Source: Diadema antillarum (Eukaryota). Taken from it: a stretch of 64,000 bases of DNA. This document shows positions 26,201 to 38,471 of this stretch, one piece after another. The notes under the pieces are model-generated. The model had not been told where the DNA came from, ran no database searches, and saw nothing but the letters and a program-made list of their open reading frames with translations. The position numbers were made by a program, and so were the translations under genes. The stretch spans positions 4,154,001-4,218,000 of the forward strand of contig NW_027271069.1 in assembly GCF_040938485.1 (NCBI RefSeq), in the 5' to 3' direction. Positions within the stretch are counted from its first letter, which is position 1; every line of letters begins with the position of its first letter.

Positions 26201-29200
26201 AAAATACATTGTAATCCAGTGCCAGCCTAATGTTTTAAAGAAATCTTTAGACATCGGCATGCACTGGCTAAATCATCATGGTGTGACAGGGCCATTACAA
26301 AAAGATGAAATTTGTAACTGGGCCACAATTTCAAAGATTTGGTTAAGTGGGGACTGTGGGGACTCTATAGCATAAAGAATAAATATTCCATAGGAAATAT
26401 ACATCCTCACTTCTTCTTGGTACTTACTCATTCCTGATGTCTTTCCATCTCTGAATGTGGCCATTTAGAAGTGTTTCTTTGGATGGAGCCTGACTGGAAT
26501 CCTACATTGAGGGGGAAATAATTATCAGAATTAGACAAAATATATCAAAACAAAAAAACTAAACAGCAACAAATGGAAAAAAAAAAAAACCCACTCTTTT
26601 GATAATTTGAGAACAGAGCTTGGAATATTAATCAGTGTTTATTTTTTGTCATATTAAAATCAATATATTATAACGCGCATCATTTATCGTTTTACACTTT
26701 TAATGTAATACCACTTTATCAGTAGGGACATTTGTGAGTTGGAATGTACAACTGAATTTGTCATGTCTGTGCAGCTGTGTGTTGCTGTTGTTTTAAACTT
26801 TGGTAAGAGACAGTCAAGCACAATCAAATAAAGCAAATCTTGTAAGAGGCTGTTATTAGTGTCTGTGCATGCCCATTGCACTACATACCACCACATAAAA
26901 AAGCAATACAGTTTGGATCTAATAAGTCATTGCCAAGATACTGTAGCTAAGGGCACTACTGACTCATTCTAACACCCGACCATAATTAGTCCATCGCAAT
27001 TCATTCCTTAAAGCTGTACTCATGCAAACTTATTTTAACACAAAGCCTTTCTCCACGCAGTCAAAGAAAGCATAGTATCTCAGTGAGGTCCACGAGGGGT
27101 TTTAGCATGTCGCTGCGACATGCTAAAATTTTTGCGCGACATCCTTCAAAACTTGCGACATTCTAAGCGCCATGCCAATAAAACTGCGACATGCTAAAAG
27201 TAACTAACTCGCAAATGACTTACGAGAGTGCTCCTTGTTGAAAGGAGCAGCAGTTTACAAGCGCCAAAAGTTTATCCACAGTCACCGCACCGATCACAAC
27301 ACAACGCGGCTCAACAACAAGCTATCAGTACAACAGTCTCGCACAACACCACATCACACACTTGCTCACTATCTCCCTCACCTCCCTGCTCACATGTGTA
27401 TGCTATGGGATTGCGCTCTGATTCGGGATCCACACACACAGCAATTTGTGTGAAGTAACACCTATGCAGCGGCACAGACAGCCGCCTGTATGCATGTGAG
27501 AGGGAGAGAGAGGACGGAAAGAGAGGGTCGGAGGCCGAGGGAGGCTGAGGAAGGCTGACACGTGCTCGCTTGTTGTCACGCTTGTTGTCGGGTTACGCAA
27601 AAACAAACGATATGAAATGCATGCCCCCCTTCGCCAAAGGTTGTATTTTATATATATATATATATTTTTTTTTTGCTGCTTTGGTTTGTCTGTTCGTTTG
27701 TCTGCCTGTCTGTCTCTCTATTCGCAAAATAGGTCAAAAGTTGGGAACAGATTAGGATGAAATTTCAGGAACGGTTGGTTGGTAAAATGGCGCAAGGAAC
27801 AGATGATTAAATTTTGGTAGTGAGAAGGATTTATGATACCACTGGAATTCAACGTCAGGATATCCAGGATTTTTTCTTAGACTTTGTTTCGTATATTTGA
27901 AAGGATTCGTATCAATTCTATAGGAAGCTTGCCATCGGCAATAGCAATTACGCAAAATTAGATGCGTTCAAAGCATTGCCGCAGAGAGAAAATTACCTCC
28001 ATCTTTCGTTAAAAAAAAATCAAAAACAAAAACGAACGATGGAGTAAGCAAATGCAAATTGTTTAATCTTTTTTTTTTTGGTAGATTCAGCGGGTTAGTT
28101 TTTCTCTAAAAAGCCATGCGTTCCATTTGAACCTTTAGTAAGTTAGATTTTACTCGAGCGCCGAAGTTGAATTTATCCCAAGGATCTCGTCGCAATACCG
28201 AGTTTCCAATGTGTATTCATTTTCGCGTAGCTTTCGGTGCTGCAAAATTTTGCTAGGGCCTAAGTTTAATACTAAACTAATTTCTGTCGTTTCTCGCACC
28301 TCGTTTGGTACGATTTCTTCCCTTTTATATCACTTTATCCGTTCCCTTTATACTTTGAAGTAATTAAACGTAATTCCGTGTCTCGCCCTGTTATTTTTGT
28401 AACGGCGATTTCTCCGCTTCGCTGCAATACTTTTTCGAATCGAAGCGACGGAGCTCGGAGTTTGATCCCAGCAGCCGCTTCGATGTGCTGTTTGTTGTAT
28501 TTTCTAAATAAAAATGTTTGTGTTGTTGGGAGGTGTTGATACTTTGTATTTGTTATTTATTTTCCTAGGTATTTATCTCGAGGGATTAGGGCCTATGCGT
28601 GTTTCTTAATGTTGATAGGAAAAGGCTAAAATGATCTTGAGTGATGTCTGATGGTGATGATGATAACTATGCTGGTGACTGGTGTAAAAAGACGGATTCC
28701 TGTGAATGCTGAGCGTACGTGACGTTTGTTTATTTCCCTTTCCCTCTTACTCTTCTTTCCCCCTTACTCTCCTTTCCCCTCTCAAGAATGATAAAAAAAG
28801 AAATTACATACACCTCACAACAAAAAGAACCACGTGCTATGGCAACCTTCGTAAAGTTCAATCTAAATGTTCAATATCAGCAAAGAATAAGGGGAAAGCA
28901 CGAATGACAATAAATAAAAGCGAAGAGATCGTGTATGCAGTCTCTTCGGCTAGAAGAAACTTGACACCCCACCCCTCTCCCTTGTGGAAATTTCCACAAA
29001 AGCAGGTGCCACACCCAGGTGCGTGCCAGACGAAAGAATGCGCGCACTGGAATAAACAGCGTGTAAATATCCTGGAAATATCCATCGAAGAACCAGCTCA
29101 TTAGTTGAATTAAAGGAATCATTGCAAAGATATCATGATTCTATTTCTATAGCCTTTCTTTTGGCGCATAGTAGGAAACATCGAACAGTCGATTATAGTG

Positions 29201-32200
29201 TACTTGATCGAATATCTAATGTTCCCTGAACAAATAAAAAAAGGATTGATTATTCAGTCAATTAAAAATGCAATCACAGAAATACATGAATTAAAGGTCT
29301 CGTATGACCAGACAAATTCACTACGAGTACAATTGTAGGTCCAGTGAGATGCAGTCATCACCTGGTTTAATACAACGTGTAATGACAATTAATTCCAGTT
29401 CACGCTCATCAAAACTGCTTATTACTTTTCAAAGTTTTGGCTATCAACATTCGTTCGTGGGTGTATTTTGTTTGTTTGTTTGTTTGTTTGTTTGTTTTGT
29501 GTGTTTTTCTCTCGTGAAAGGCGTAATGATTTCTTCGTATCGAACGTAAACTGCATGTTTACCGTAAACAAGCCATTCAGCTCAGCTCAGCTATGGCGCA
29601 TTCGATCCATCGAACTTGCAGTAACCTCTTACAGGCAGGATCGAGCACATGGCGCATTCCTTTAAAGTGAAAACTAAGTTTCGGTAAGTGCTGGAGAACC
29701 CGTCTAGCACCATTTCATTTTGAACGTGAAGCCACGTGTTTGCATCGGCGCTTCCACACACAGCGCGGCATTTTGCGATCATCGTTATAGCAGAATTTCC
29801 GATTCCAGTCAGGGGAAAAGGAATTGGAATACTTCTGAAAATACTGATATTTAAAATCCAATAAAATAAAAAAGCCTGAAAACAACGCATGATTATGTTT
29901 AAATAGTAAACAATAATTGGAAACACAGAACAGAGTTTTGCATCCGCTCACACAGAAGCTCTCTTGAGAAGATGAAAGCATTCCCCGTCCCCTGCTAGAT
30001 AGTGGAAGCTTCCATAATCAGCCCAGCAAGTTTTTGGAGGTACATACAGTTGTACTTGCACTTGTACACATTCATTGCGAGAAAGCAATCAATCAACGCT
30101 GAACATTGCGTAGTTTGGCATCTTTATCGTGCTGGTGACCAGCTCGATCCTTCGGCATGTGTCATAACGTTATGTTTAGAGCCTGTAGGCCTCATAAGTT
30201 GACAAGTTTAATTCAAAATAGCAAAAAAGAAAAAAAAAAGGAGATTGAAAAAATATGAATTCTGGTGGGAAAATACGAATTTTGCAGCTGCTGAGTACTA
30301 ATTTTTGCTTCCAAGGGTTGGCAGCTCTGTACTTTGGAAATTTAATTTCTCTCTGGAAAGGCTTATTGTGGATAGAATTATCTAGATCTGAGTTTTTGTT
30401 AAATGTCATTCAAGTTAACTAAACGTCTGTTTACCAGTAGGCTGCAAAAGTGCAGTTCTCACTTTTCTACACTCATCTCATCTACTTTGTGAGTACACAG
30501 TTATCTTGGCATTTCAATGTGAAACCAGGGAGGTGGCTCCTCCCTGGTGAAACTGAAAGTAAATAATATTAAAGACAGTCAGTGTGCTGTACTGTAGTAC
30601 AAGTTCAAGATGTCCTTGTCATTTATCATAGCATCCCCATTGAGGAGTATATCTATGCAAGATATATTCAAAAGGTCTTATGAGTAAGGAGTAGGACGAT
30701 ATATTAACATTTCAAGAACAATTTAAAATCTTATGTCATAATCAAACAATTAAACATAATTTTTCAAATATTAATGATTTTTATCCTGGCATTGCAGAGT
30801 GATCATGGTGATCAAAGTGTTCAAAATAAGGCTAAGATAGCACCAGAGAGCATCTAGAACCCCAGAGCTTCCAGGGCCCTTAAGCGGGCCCTGGACCCCG
30901 GCCGCAAGGGACTTCGCGCACATACTTTCATGCGCAATATCACTTTTTTCCCCCTGCAACATGCTAAAATTTCAAGTTGTGGACCACCCTGGTATCTACT
31001 CAAGCTACCATCTGTGTAGTAAAAAACCAATATGTCTGATTCCCTTCCAGGAACTTTAGTATTTTTCTGACCTAGGTAAGAAGGCCACCTGTTCAAAAGT
31101 CCACTCTGTATTGATTCCAACTGGTAGTTTCAAGTACAGTGTACATAGAACAAGTTTGGTTAAATGCAGACAACAGTGTGAAGAAGGAAATAAAGTTTTT
31201 ACAGCATTGATGTCCAGAGGTTCATCAGGGTGGGGTGTGACAGGGGGTATTCTGGGGTCCCTTGATAGCTCCTCTCTCATCTCATCAATCGTCTGGCTGG
31301 GTGAGGGGAGACGGTACACCAGACCATTCTCAGACTGAAAGAAATAAAAAGAAATTGCAAAACAAAACTGACAATGCACAGTAGCAGTTTTTGTATTCTT
31401 CAAACCCGAACACACCCCTTGTACTATATCACCTGAATCAGAATTGTAAAAAAATAAAAAAAAACTAAAAAAAAAGAATGGCAGCCCTCATTTTGTAAAA
31501 TTCAACAGGGCGGGTAGTGAACAGATACTGGTTCTTCATGGCATTAAAATGCAAACTTGATAATGACCCAACAAATTTCACAACAGTGAAATGTCATGGG
31601 CTTTCAAAGAATCTACTTAGCAATGATAGACCCCAGCAATCCACAAAACAGCACACAGAACATGTCATTTTGTTTCAAACTTTGAACATAATATATTCAG
31701 CTTTATCTTTGCATGTCAGCAGTCAGTATGTAAAGAAAAATCATGTATAATGTCAATAAATAACACACTGTGCTTAAAGTTACTAAACATATGAAATATC
31801 ATCAGTGATTTGAAATAGAAAACAAAACAAAACAAAACAAAACAAAATAAAACAAAAGTATACATGGGAGAGTTATCGGGCTCATGACTCACCATATCCT
31901 GGTCTGGAAGTGGCTCCGGTGATGGGGACTGTTCTTTGCGTGGGACTTTTGCTGAAGTCGAGTTGGCCATCCACGCTCGGCACACTGGGTAGAGAGGTGC
32001 GCTGGTTTTAAACTGAGCCAAATCAACGCTGCGATCAAACAGCTTCATCACATAGGAATCTGTGTAGGGCAGAGAGAAGCAAAGTTCATGCATGGTCGCA
32101 TAACTTGACAGCTCAAGCAATTCACTTGCATCGGGCACAAATCTACACATGTATGCAAATTTGAATAATGATAAGAGAGTCTGCATAATAAATCCGATTC

Positions 32201-34127
32201 TACATACATTTTCAAGCCAGCGAAGGTTTCTAATTGCAGTCAAACATATTCTCCGTAAAACTAATCCATTTCACATTGTCCCTCATTCCTGTGTAGCATT
32301 ACAATGATTTCACTGAAAACATTGCTTAAAATGTGTCACTTATTCAAATGCTGTTACCTTTTTTTTTCTAGTGCCATTGACCAGCAGTTTCCTCTGTGAG
32401 TCTGACTCAAAATTTGAGTATACATGTATATTAGACTCCTATAAGTATACTGAATCCACTCAAGCCTAAAACTGGCCAAGAAAAAAAAAAATAGTCTTAC
32501 AAAAAACATTTGTAAAATATCACTAGCTCTTCATCTTTATCCCTCATACTGGAGTTTCATTAAGTTCATGGAACATTTACCTCACATACATAACACACAA
32601 CACAACAGGTACAGAGACAGGCAGTACACTGATACACCACATGGTGACCTGCACTTTATCAAAAGAAGAAAAGACATCCAAACAAAAAAATGACAGGAAA
32701 ATAAGGAGGAAGAATCTTACTCTGTGCTCGAAGCCCATCATCAAGTTGCTCAATATCTGAATTGGCATAATCCCTTTTTCTCCTCTTTCTCGATTTAGAT
32801 GGTGATTTCTTTGTTGGCGTTGATTCAAGTTCCCTGATATCATCGTCAAAGGCCCTGCAAAAGTCACCAAATATCATTCCGTGTGTTTACAAATGTATAA
32901 CATCATACATGCGAAAATAGAGAATGTAAATACATGCTATACAAAAGGTAAAAATAAACATGAACAAAATGATTACCAGGTATACCAAATTAGAAAAAAA
33001 AGTATGATAAAAAAGTGTGATAAAAGAAATGAGAATGTCAAAAAAAAAATACATTTGTATTGATAAAAGACATGAGAATGTCAAAAAAAAAATACATTTG
33101 TATTTGTAAGGATTAAGAAGGTGGATTAAAATGAAGATGATGATAAAAAGAAAGTTAAGAGTGGAAATAAGGGCTAACCACTGACTGAACTACAGAAGTA
33201 AGCACTTACCTGTCCAAATCTTGCTCCTCTTTCACTACAACATCACTATCATGGGAGAAACTGTTGAGAAGGTATAAAATGGAGAGAGAGCTGATCATGC
33301 CATGAGAACCAGCTTGTACATTCAGTAGGACACACCTACAGTCTATAGGTCAGCCAGATGGTGAAATATGATTCATTTATAATCAAGCAGTTTTCCTGCA
33401 AACATATGAAGAATCAATACAAAGTGAGATCATCTTCACAAAAACAATAAACAAACACACTTCAGCCTTAAGGAGTCAGCTCTAAATCCAGTGGAAATGT
33501 TTGTCATTATCCTTTCAATACCCAAACCTCCTTGATGACTAACGACTAAAAGCAATGTTAAAAGATACTAGTTAGTTAAATCTGCTCATACACATACGTG
33601 TAATGTGCATTACCAATGTATGCATCAACCACATGCACATTATTAAAACATGACCAGATTTAAAATGCAAGCCACAACTGTTACAGTTCACTGATAAATC
33701 ACAGTGCATCACCATAGTGTATAGAAACTTCAAATCAAAGATTCCTTCACTTCATTATTTCTTACAAATTCATCATTGTACATATTTATAAGTGTAGTTC
33801 ATAGCAATTTCAAAAGTTATTAGCTACACATTTAATGATGGAAATGTATTTCCAAGTGTTGGTTTTACAGGCTATGGCAGTTCTGAGCATAGCACTAAAA
33901 GCCTACAGAAAACATCCCTTTTGACAAACATATTTTTTATTGTCGTCTTTATTATCAATGGATACATGAAGGCACACAAGGAAACTTTACGTATGACAAC
34001 TAAAAATATTAACGAAACAAACTTGCCTTTCTGCTCTGTCAACCAGATTTTGCAGAACACCCTCAAGCTTCACCCGAGCATCGGTTACCTCTGTAGTCTC
34101 TTGTTTTATTTTGATTGGCGTAGACAT
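17217..34127 (-). CDS. LIN37: Protein lin-37 homolog (MuvB/DREAM subunit), 246 aa; exons 34127-34027, 33260-33210, 32854-32721, 32059-31893, 31334-31203, 26501-26428, 17298-17217
   Basis: Contains [63 protein letters not shown] and [26 protein letters not shown], matching recalled LIN37 motifs. Exon lengths sum to 741 nt with compatible phases. The first coding intron has a GC donor. Confidence 0.95.
17542..20806 (-). mobile_element. Element E1: non-autonomous PIF/Harbinger-like DNA transposon (~3.27 kb) carrying a MADF gene
   Basis: Imperfect ~45-bp TIRs: left (A)AGCCCGGTCACACAGCGCCATACGGCTTAATCACG, right reverse complement (A)AGCCCCGGTCACACAGCACTCCATGTCTAAATCACG. TTAA lies at both ends. 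Subterminal CACGG/CCGTG motifs and an internal MADF gene are present; no DDE nuclease ORF was found. Confidence 0.85.
18485..20336 (-). CDS. MADF (Myb/SANT-like) + BESS-like protein of E1, 522 aa; exons 20336-20135, 19996-19499, 19353-18485
   Basis: ATG at 20336. Both donors read G|GTCAGTAC, the acceptors are TACAG and TTCAG, and the phases are 1/1, giving 1569 nt open. MADF-like segment: [44 protein letters not shown]...[13 protein letters not shown]...[12 protein letters not shown]-like segment: [35 protein letters not shown]-rich tail. Confidence 0.85.
24217..24378. mobile_element. CAG(G/A)GGCGGATCC MITE with 5-bp TSD AGATG, inserted in the tail of the E2 gene
   Basis: AGATG|CAGAGGCGGATCCA...TGGATCTGCCACTG|AGATG. 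Confidence 0.85.
24696..25726 (-). pseudogene. MADF + BESS-like gene of E2; exons 25726-25223 and 25088-24696 (298 aa to the first stop); C-terminal tail appears decayed
   Basis: MADF-like segment: [61 protein letters not shown]...LTEREQWV. Donor GCT|GTAAGT, acceptor TTGCAG|ATG. BESS-like segment: [31 protein letters not shown]. Coding-like sequence with stops/frameshifts and a MITE insertion continues to ~24115. Confidence 0.7.
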
Positions 34128-34795
34128 GATGCAACGTGGTTTTCTACAAAGTGATGCCAATAAAAAAGTAAAGACACGATATCACTTTTGTTCAAATTCA
34201 CGAAATTCTTCTGTTGAGATGTTTTCACTGCAACTGATTGACAAATTGCCCTACATCAACGTAAACGTTTGAGTCAATGTAGGGCAATTTGCCAATCAGT
34301 TGCAATCACTTTTGTTCTGTTTGAGTAAAACAAAATAATACTTTTACATTTTAATCTACACTGTAGCAATATGTCAGTAGACAGTCTTGACAGAATATTT
34401 TTTTTAAATTGTGTTTGAACTGCAATTCATATATATGCTGAATTCCTGACAGACCCAAAATGTCTAATCTCATGTTTGTCATTATAATATTAATGAAAAA
34501 AGAGTGCTGTCTCTGTACACATTTGTGTTCAGAGGATTTCATCACACACTTGATTTTCAGTGAGCACTTCATAACATATGTTGTATCGCCGTACCGGCCC
34601 ACATTGCATACTTTGTCTTTATGCCTTCTGTGATTTTCATTCTTCTTTCAAAGGTTTCCCTTTAAAAAATATAGGCTTTATGGCTTTTTTTAGTATAACT
34701 GCCTGTGTGAAGGAGCGCCCTAGGGTTATACATGTATGGGAGTCTAGAGCAGAGGGCCTACTAAAAAGTACACGAACTGTATCACTCACACTCAA

Positions 34796-34958
34796 CAGTG
34801 GCGGATGCAGGGGGGGGTGCAACGAGTTCACGCCCCATCTTTATTTGTTGTTCAAACAAAAGAAATAAAAAGAAAAAAATGAGATGAAACCCGGAAGTAG
34901 CACCAGAAATATTGTTTGCACCCCCCCCCCTTTTACGGAATTCCTGGATCCGCTCCTG
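34796..34958. mobile_element. Same MITE family, reverse orientation, no clean TSD
   Basis: CAGTGGCGGATGCAG...CTGGATCCGCTCCTG. Confidence 0.75.
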
Positions 34959-35016
34959 ATCACTGTGATTCATACTCATGCGTGCCCATCACGTCAAGAT
35001 GAAGATTAGTGTAGCA

Positions 35017-35049
<33 letters not shown>

Positions 35050-35440
35050 CCCAATCCATTTGGGGGCAATTTTGGAATGATTATATTAAATGCCAAATGA
35101 TGTGCCAAATAATTGAAAAAAAAATTTTAACCCGTTGAAGACGAGTCCCAAGAACAATCCCAAGAGTAAAGTCAAAGACTCTGGCTCTGGGAAATATGCG
35201 TTACCAAGTACTGTTAGCATTAGGCCTATCATTTGCATTGCCAATTGGGATTGTTGTTTACAGTGTTAGTGTTAACCGCAGCAGCGACCCCAATACGCTG
35301 TGTACAGCGCCCCGCGCCGGGTCGCGGGAGAGAACGATTGCAGTTGTGCGACGCTGTTTTTGTATAAATGACGTTCATCCTATTATCCTTAACAAACGTT
35401 ACATGTACACTTGTACACCTAACGTTGATTTTACGTAATT

Positions 35441-35576
35441 ATGTACCGTAGTTATGGGTAAACTCGGCCTAGCGGGTAAAGTCGGCCGCCAGCGCGCACA
35501 GTACATAAAATTGTACTGTGCGCGCTGGCGGCCGACTTTACCCGCTAGGCCGAGTTTACCCATAACTACGGTACAT
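35441..35576. mobile_element. Perfect fold-back MITE (65-bp arms, 6-nt loop) with TA-CCGTA...TACGG-TA ends
   Basis: 35441-35505 is the exact reverse complement of 35512-35576 (checked base by base); loop TAAAAT. Confidence 0.9.
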
Positions 35577-36559
35577 TCGTTACAGTGCAGCAGCTACTAC
35601 GGCTACGCCCTCCCCCCCTCCCCCCATTACTCCTCTAGGCCTAACGTTACTACTTTAGAATCCAGAGACTCAAACTCTCCTGTTTTCGACGGGAGATCTC
35701 CCGCCGAAAACCCATTTTTGCAAAATCTCCCGTTCTCCCGCTTATGATTTCGAGTCTCCCGCCCTGGCTCTGTGTCTCCCGTTGGAAAGGATTTCTTATT
35801 TATTGCTATCGTAGACGTTCTATGTTGAAAAAATAAGCCTTAGATAGCACCAGAGAGCATCTAGAACCCTGGGAATTTCACGCTTTGCACACATCGACTT
35901 GGAATCTCCCGTTTGCTATAGGGCCCAAGGGGTGTAGCTAAGGCGGGAGAATCTCCAGATCAGAAGGTGCTTTGGATGGGAGTCTCTGAGAATCTAACGT
36001 TAAAAGTAAAAGTTTAGACTGTTTTACCTTGGTTTTTATGATGCCCACCTTTCTTTTACTGCAGCAGTGTTCTGAAACGAGTTAACGTGGTTTTACTCGC
36101 CCATCTTCCAGAAGAATTAACACGTCAAGTCTGTGCTGTGGCCGCTGATTGAGGCTGTTTTTCCCGAATCAGTCCTCTTGCAGTCCTACACCGTGCAGTG
36201 CATTATGTCGTTATGCATGCGTTGCGAATACGTAGGCTTTGCGTTTTGTAAAGCTGCATGCAGCTGCATGCAGCGAGTCTTTCAATCGCAGTGTACCCAC
36301 TGAGGGTGTAGGTCATGAGTGTACCTAGCCTGACCAGACACTGTGCTGCGCACAGGGTCTGACATGTGTTAGTGTTTCAACGTTGTAAACGACCGTCACT
36401 ATTGACGGCAAAATCACATAAAATACCTTTTATTTTGTATGATTTTAAGAGTAATATAATTTGCAACACTTACCTACAGCGTATTTTCCTGATGGTTGAG
36501 TTGAATTCGGCGTTTTGTTGGTATCCAGACCTTATTGTTGAATTTTTCGGAGTAGATCG

Positions 36560-36800
36560 TGCGGTGGCATCTTTTCCTTCGAGAGCTTCACATAAGCAAC
36601 AAACTACCACGCATGCGCATTCAGAAGTGGTTGCTTTTTACGTACGCCCGTGCGCCCGTGCGTTTCATGTGTTACGTAAAGCTTGTAGTAGATCCGCGCG
36701 TGCTGCACCGGCAATGATTTGAACTTTTTTAGTCGGGGTCATCCGACTATCTCATCACTTCCGCCCCGACTACCTACGTTGTAGTATACGAGAGTGAATG
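36560..36800. promoter_or_regulatory. Probable CpG-rich promoter of LIN37, possibly bidirectional
   Basis: NRF1-like ACGCATGCGCA at 36609 and ETS/Sp-like CACTTCCGCCCC at 36756. Strong donors diverge on either side: minus-strand G|GTAAGTG at 36473 and plus-strand G|GTAAGT at 36875. Confidence 0.55.
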
Positions 36801-37981
36801 CCATTCACATAACACGCAGATGAGGAGTGAAGCAGTAAGGACGTTTACAGACCTGATTTCAGCCATAGATTTCGGTAAGTTTTAGACGTAATTAAACAAA
36901 AAATCGCATACCAGTTATTGAATGGTGGTCATAGATTACGATAATTCCTTATATTTTAGTTTTCCACGATTAATAAAGATATTCATGAAGGAAACAGTGA
37001 ACGATAACAACGTCCGCGAAGGAATACAGGTGCAGCGCTGTCGCCAGCGCTGCGTGTAGTTAGAGTGTACCGTCCGTCCTACGTGTAAAAGGATGAACGT
37101 CATTACACCGCCGCACAACTTTACTGCAATCGTTCTCTCCCGCGAAAGGTATTTAGGCTAATTTCCAGGCTGATATCTATTATTATTTTGGAGGATCATG
37201 CTGCCCCTGCGGCAAAATATTCCATATTCTATAGGCCTATAGATCGGAAACTGAGACAAATTTTTGAAGAGTCGCATACATTTCTTCTATGTCGAAAAAG
37301 CTTAAAGATAATGAAGATTGATTTTTTGATTGATCGATTGAGTGAGGCCAGTTTAGGCCATTTATTCGGCAAAATAAAACACAAAAACATATACTGTAAG
37401 AGTGGCGTTTACAATATGAGAGCCAGCTCAGGCAGCCTTGAAAGCATCTTGTGCATGTGTTTACAAGTTGCCTACACATGAAATAATTTACAATAGCAAT
37501 ATATTACAACTGATTCTGTTGTAAGATGGAACAAACAAGGCAGAGTAATAAGGATGATTTCAGTGAGGTAGCCTCTATACAAGTAGGTCCTAATGCAAAT
37601 GTCTGCAGAGTGTGCAATCTAGTCCACAGAATCGTCAGTTCTGTGATCATTCTAGTCTCCCCCTTCTCTCAATATACAACTGTTTCTATATCAAGTCTCA
37701 AGGTTTGATAAAAAAAAACTCGACAAGACAACTATATCTTTCTGTGATGGGAAGTAAATTCATCCATACTAAAAAAAAATGCTTGACAACAAGACCTTTG
37801 AGTACTAATATTTTGAAACACTGGCAGTCCTTGGCGCTCTCGTTTTCATCAGTTACCATCAATCCTGTCATTTCTAAAAGTTTTTAGCATTATCAAAAAC
37901 AACTTTTGTTTGGTTTCATGAGGGAGCTGGGCTTATTGTCCTTCGTCAGTTAGGGTAGGGAGGTGGGAGGCCCATGCAGGC

Positions 37982-38143
37982 CAGGGGCGGATCCAGGAAT
38001 TCCGTAAAAGGGGCTGTGTGCCTTTACAAAATTAAAGGGGAGTTGCACGTATACGGCCCCATTTTTTTCTTTTTATTTCTTTTGTTTCAACAAAAATTAA
38101 ATGGGGTGCGCACTCTGTGCTCACCCACCTGGATCCGCCACTT
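37982..38143. mobile_element. Same MITE family, no clean TSD
   Basis: CAGGGGCGGATCCAGGAATTCC...CTGGATCCGCCACTT. Confidence 0.75.
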
Positions 38144-38471
38144 TACTGCTTCCCATGGCAGTCACAGTGACCCCTAAGGGCATGAATAGGGTCTATCCTC
38201 AGTCACATTTGACATCACGGTCCGTGGCATACCTCCAAGTGATCACATAGATTTTTGAAACAATGGTGCATGGAGCACTGGTGTAAAAAGAACAATTTAT
38301 ATAATAGAGCATCAGTACATGAGATCAGATCTGAGATCAGCAGCACTTAAATAAACACAAAACAAGAATTTAATAAATAAGAAATTCATATGCGAACGCC
38401 TTGTATATTTGAAGAAACATGCACACACCGCACAAAAAAAAACATGATTAGGAATGAAAACGAAGAGGGAT

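Larger units (their letters stand above)
21118..26294 (-). mobile_element. Element E2: second, different PIF/Harbinger-like TIR element (~5.2 kb) carrying a MADF gene
   Basis: TIRs TGGCCCTGTCACACC (21118) and GGTGTGACAGGGCCA (ending 26294). Similarity extends imperfectly to ~40 bp (TTTAGCCA.TG.ATG on both arms). No nuclease ORF was recognised. Confidence 0.82.

Noticed and set aside
36718-36723. TTTGAA (CHR-like MuvB site) in the LIN37 promoter, suggesting autoregulation
   Set aside because: This hexamer is common in AT-rich DNA, and there is no correctly spaced CDE.
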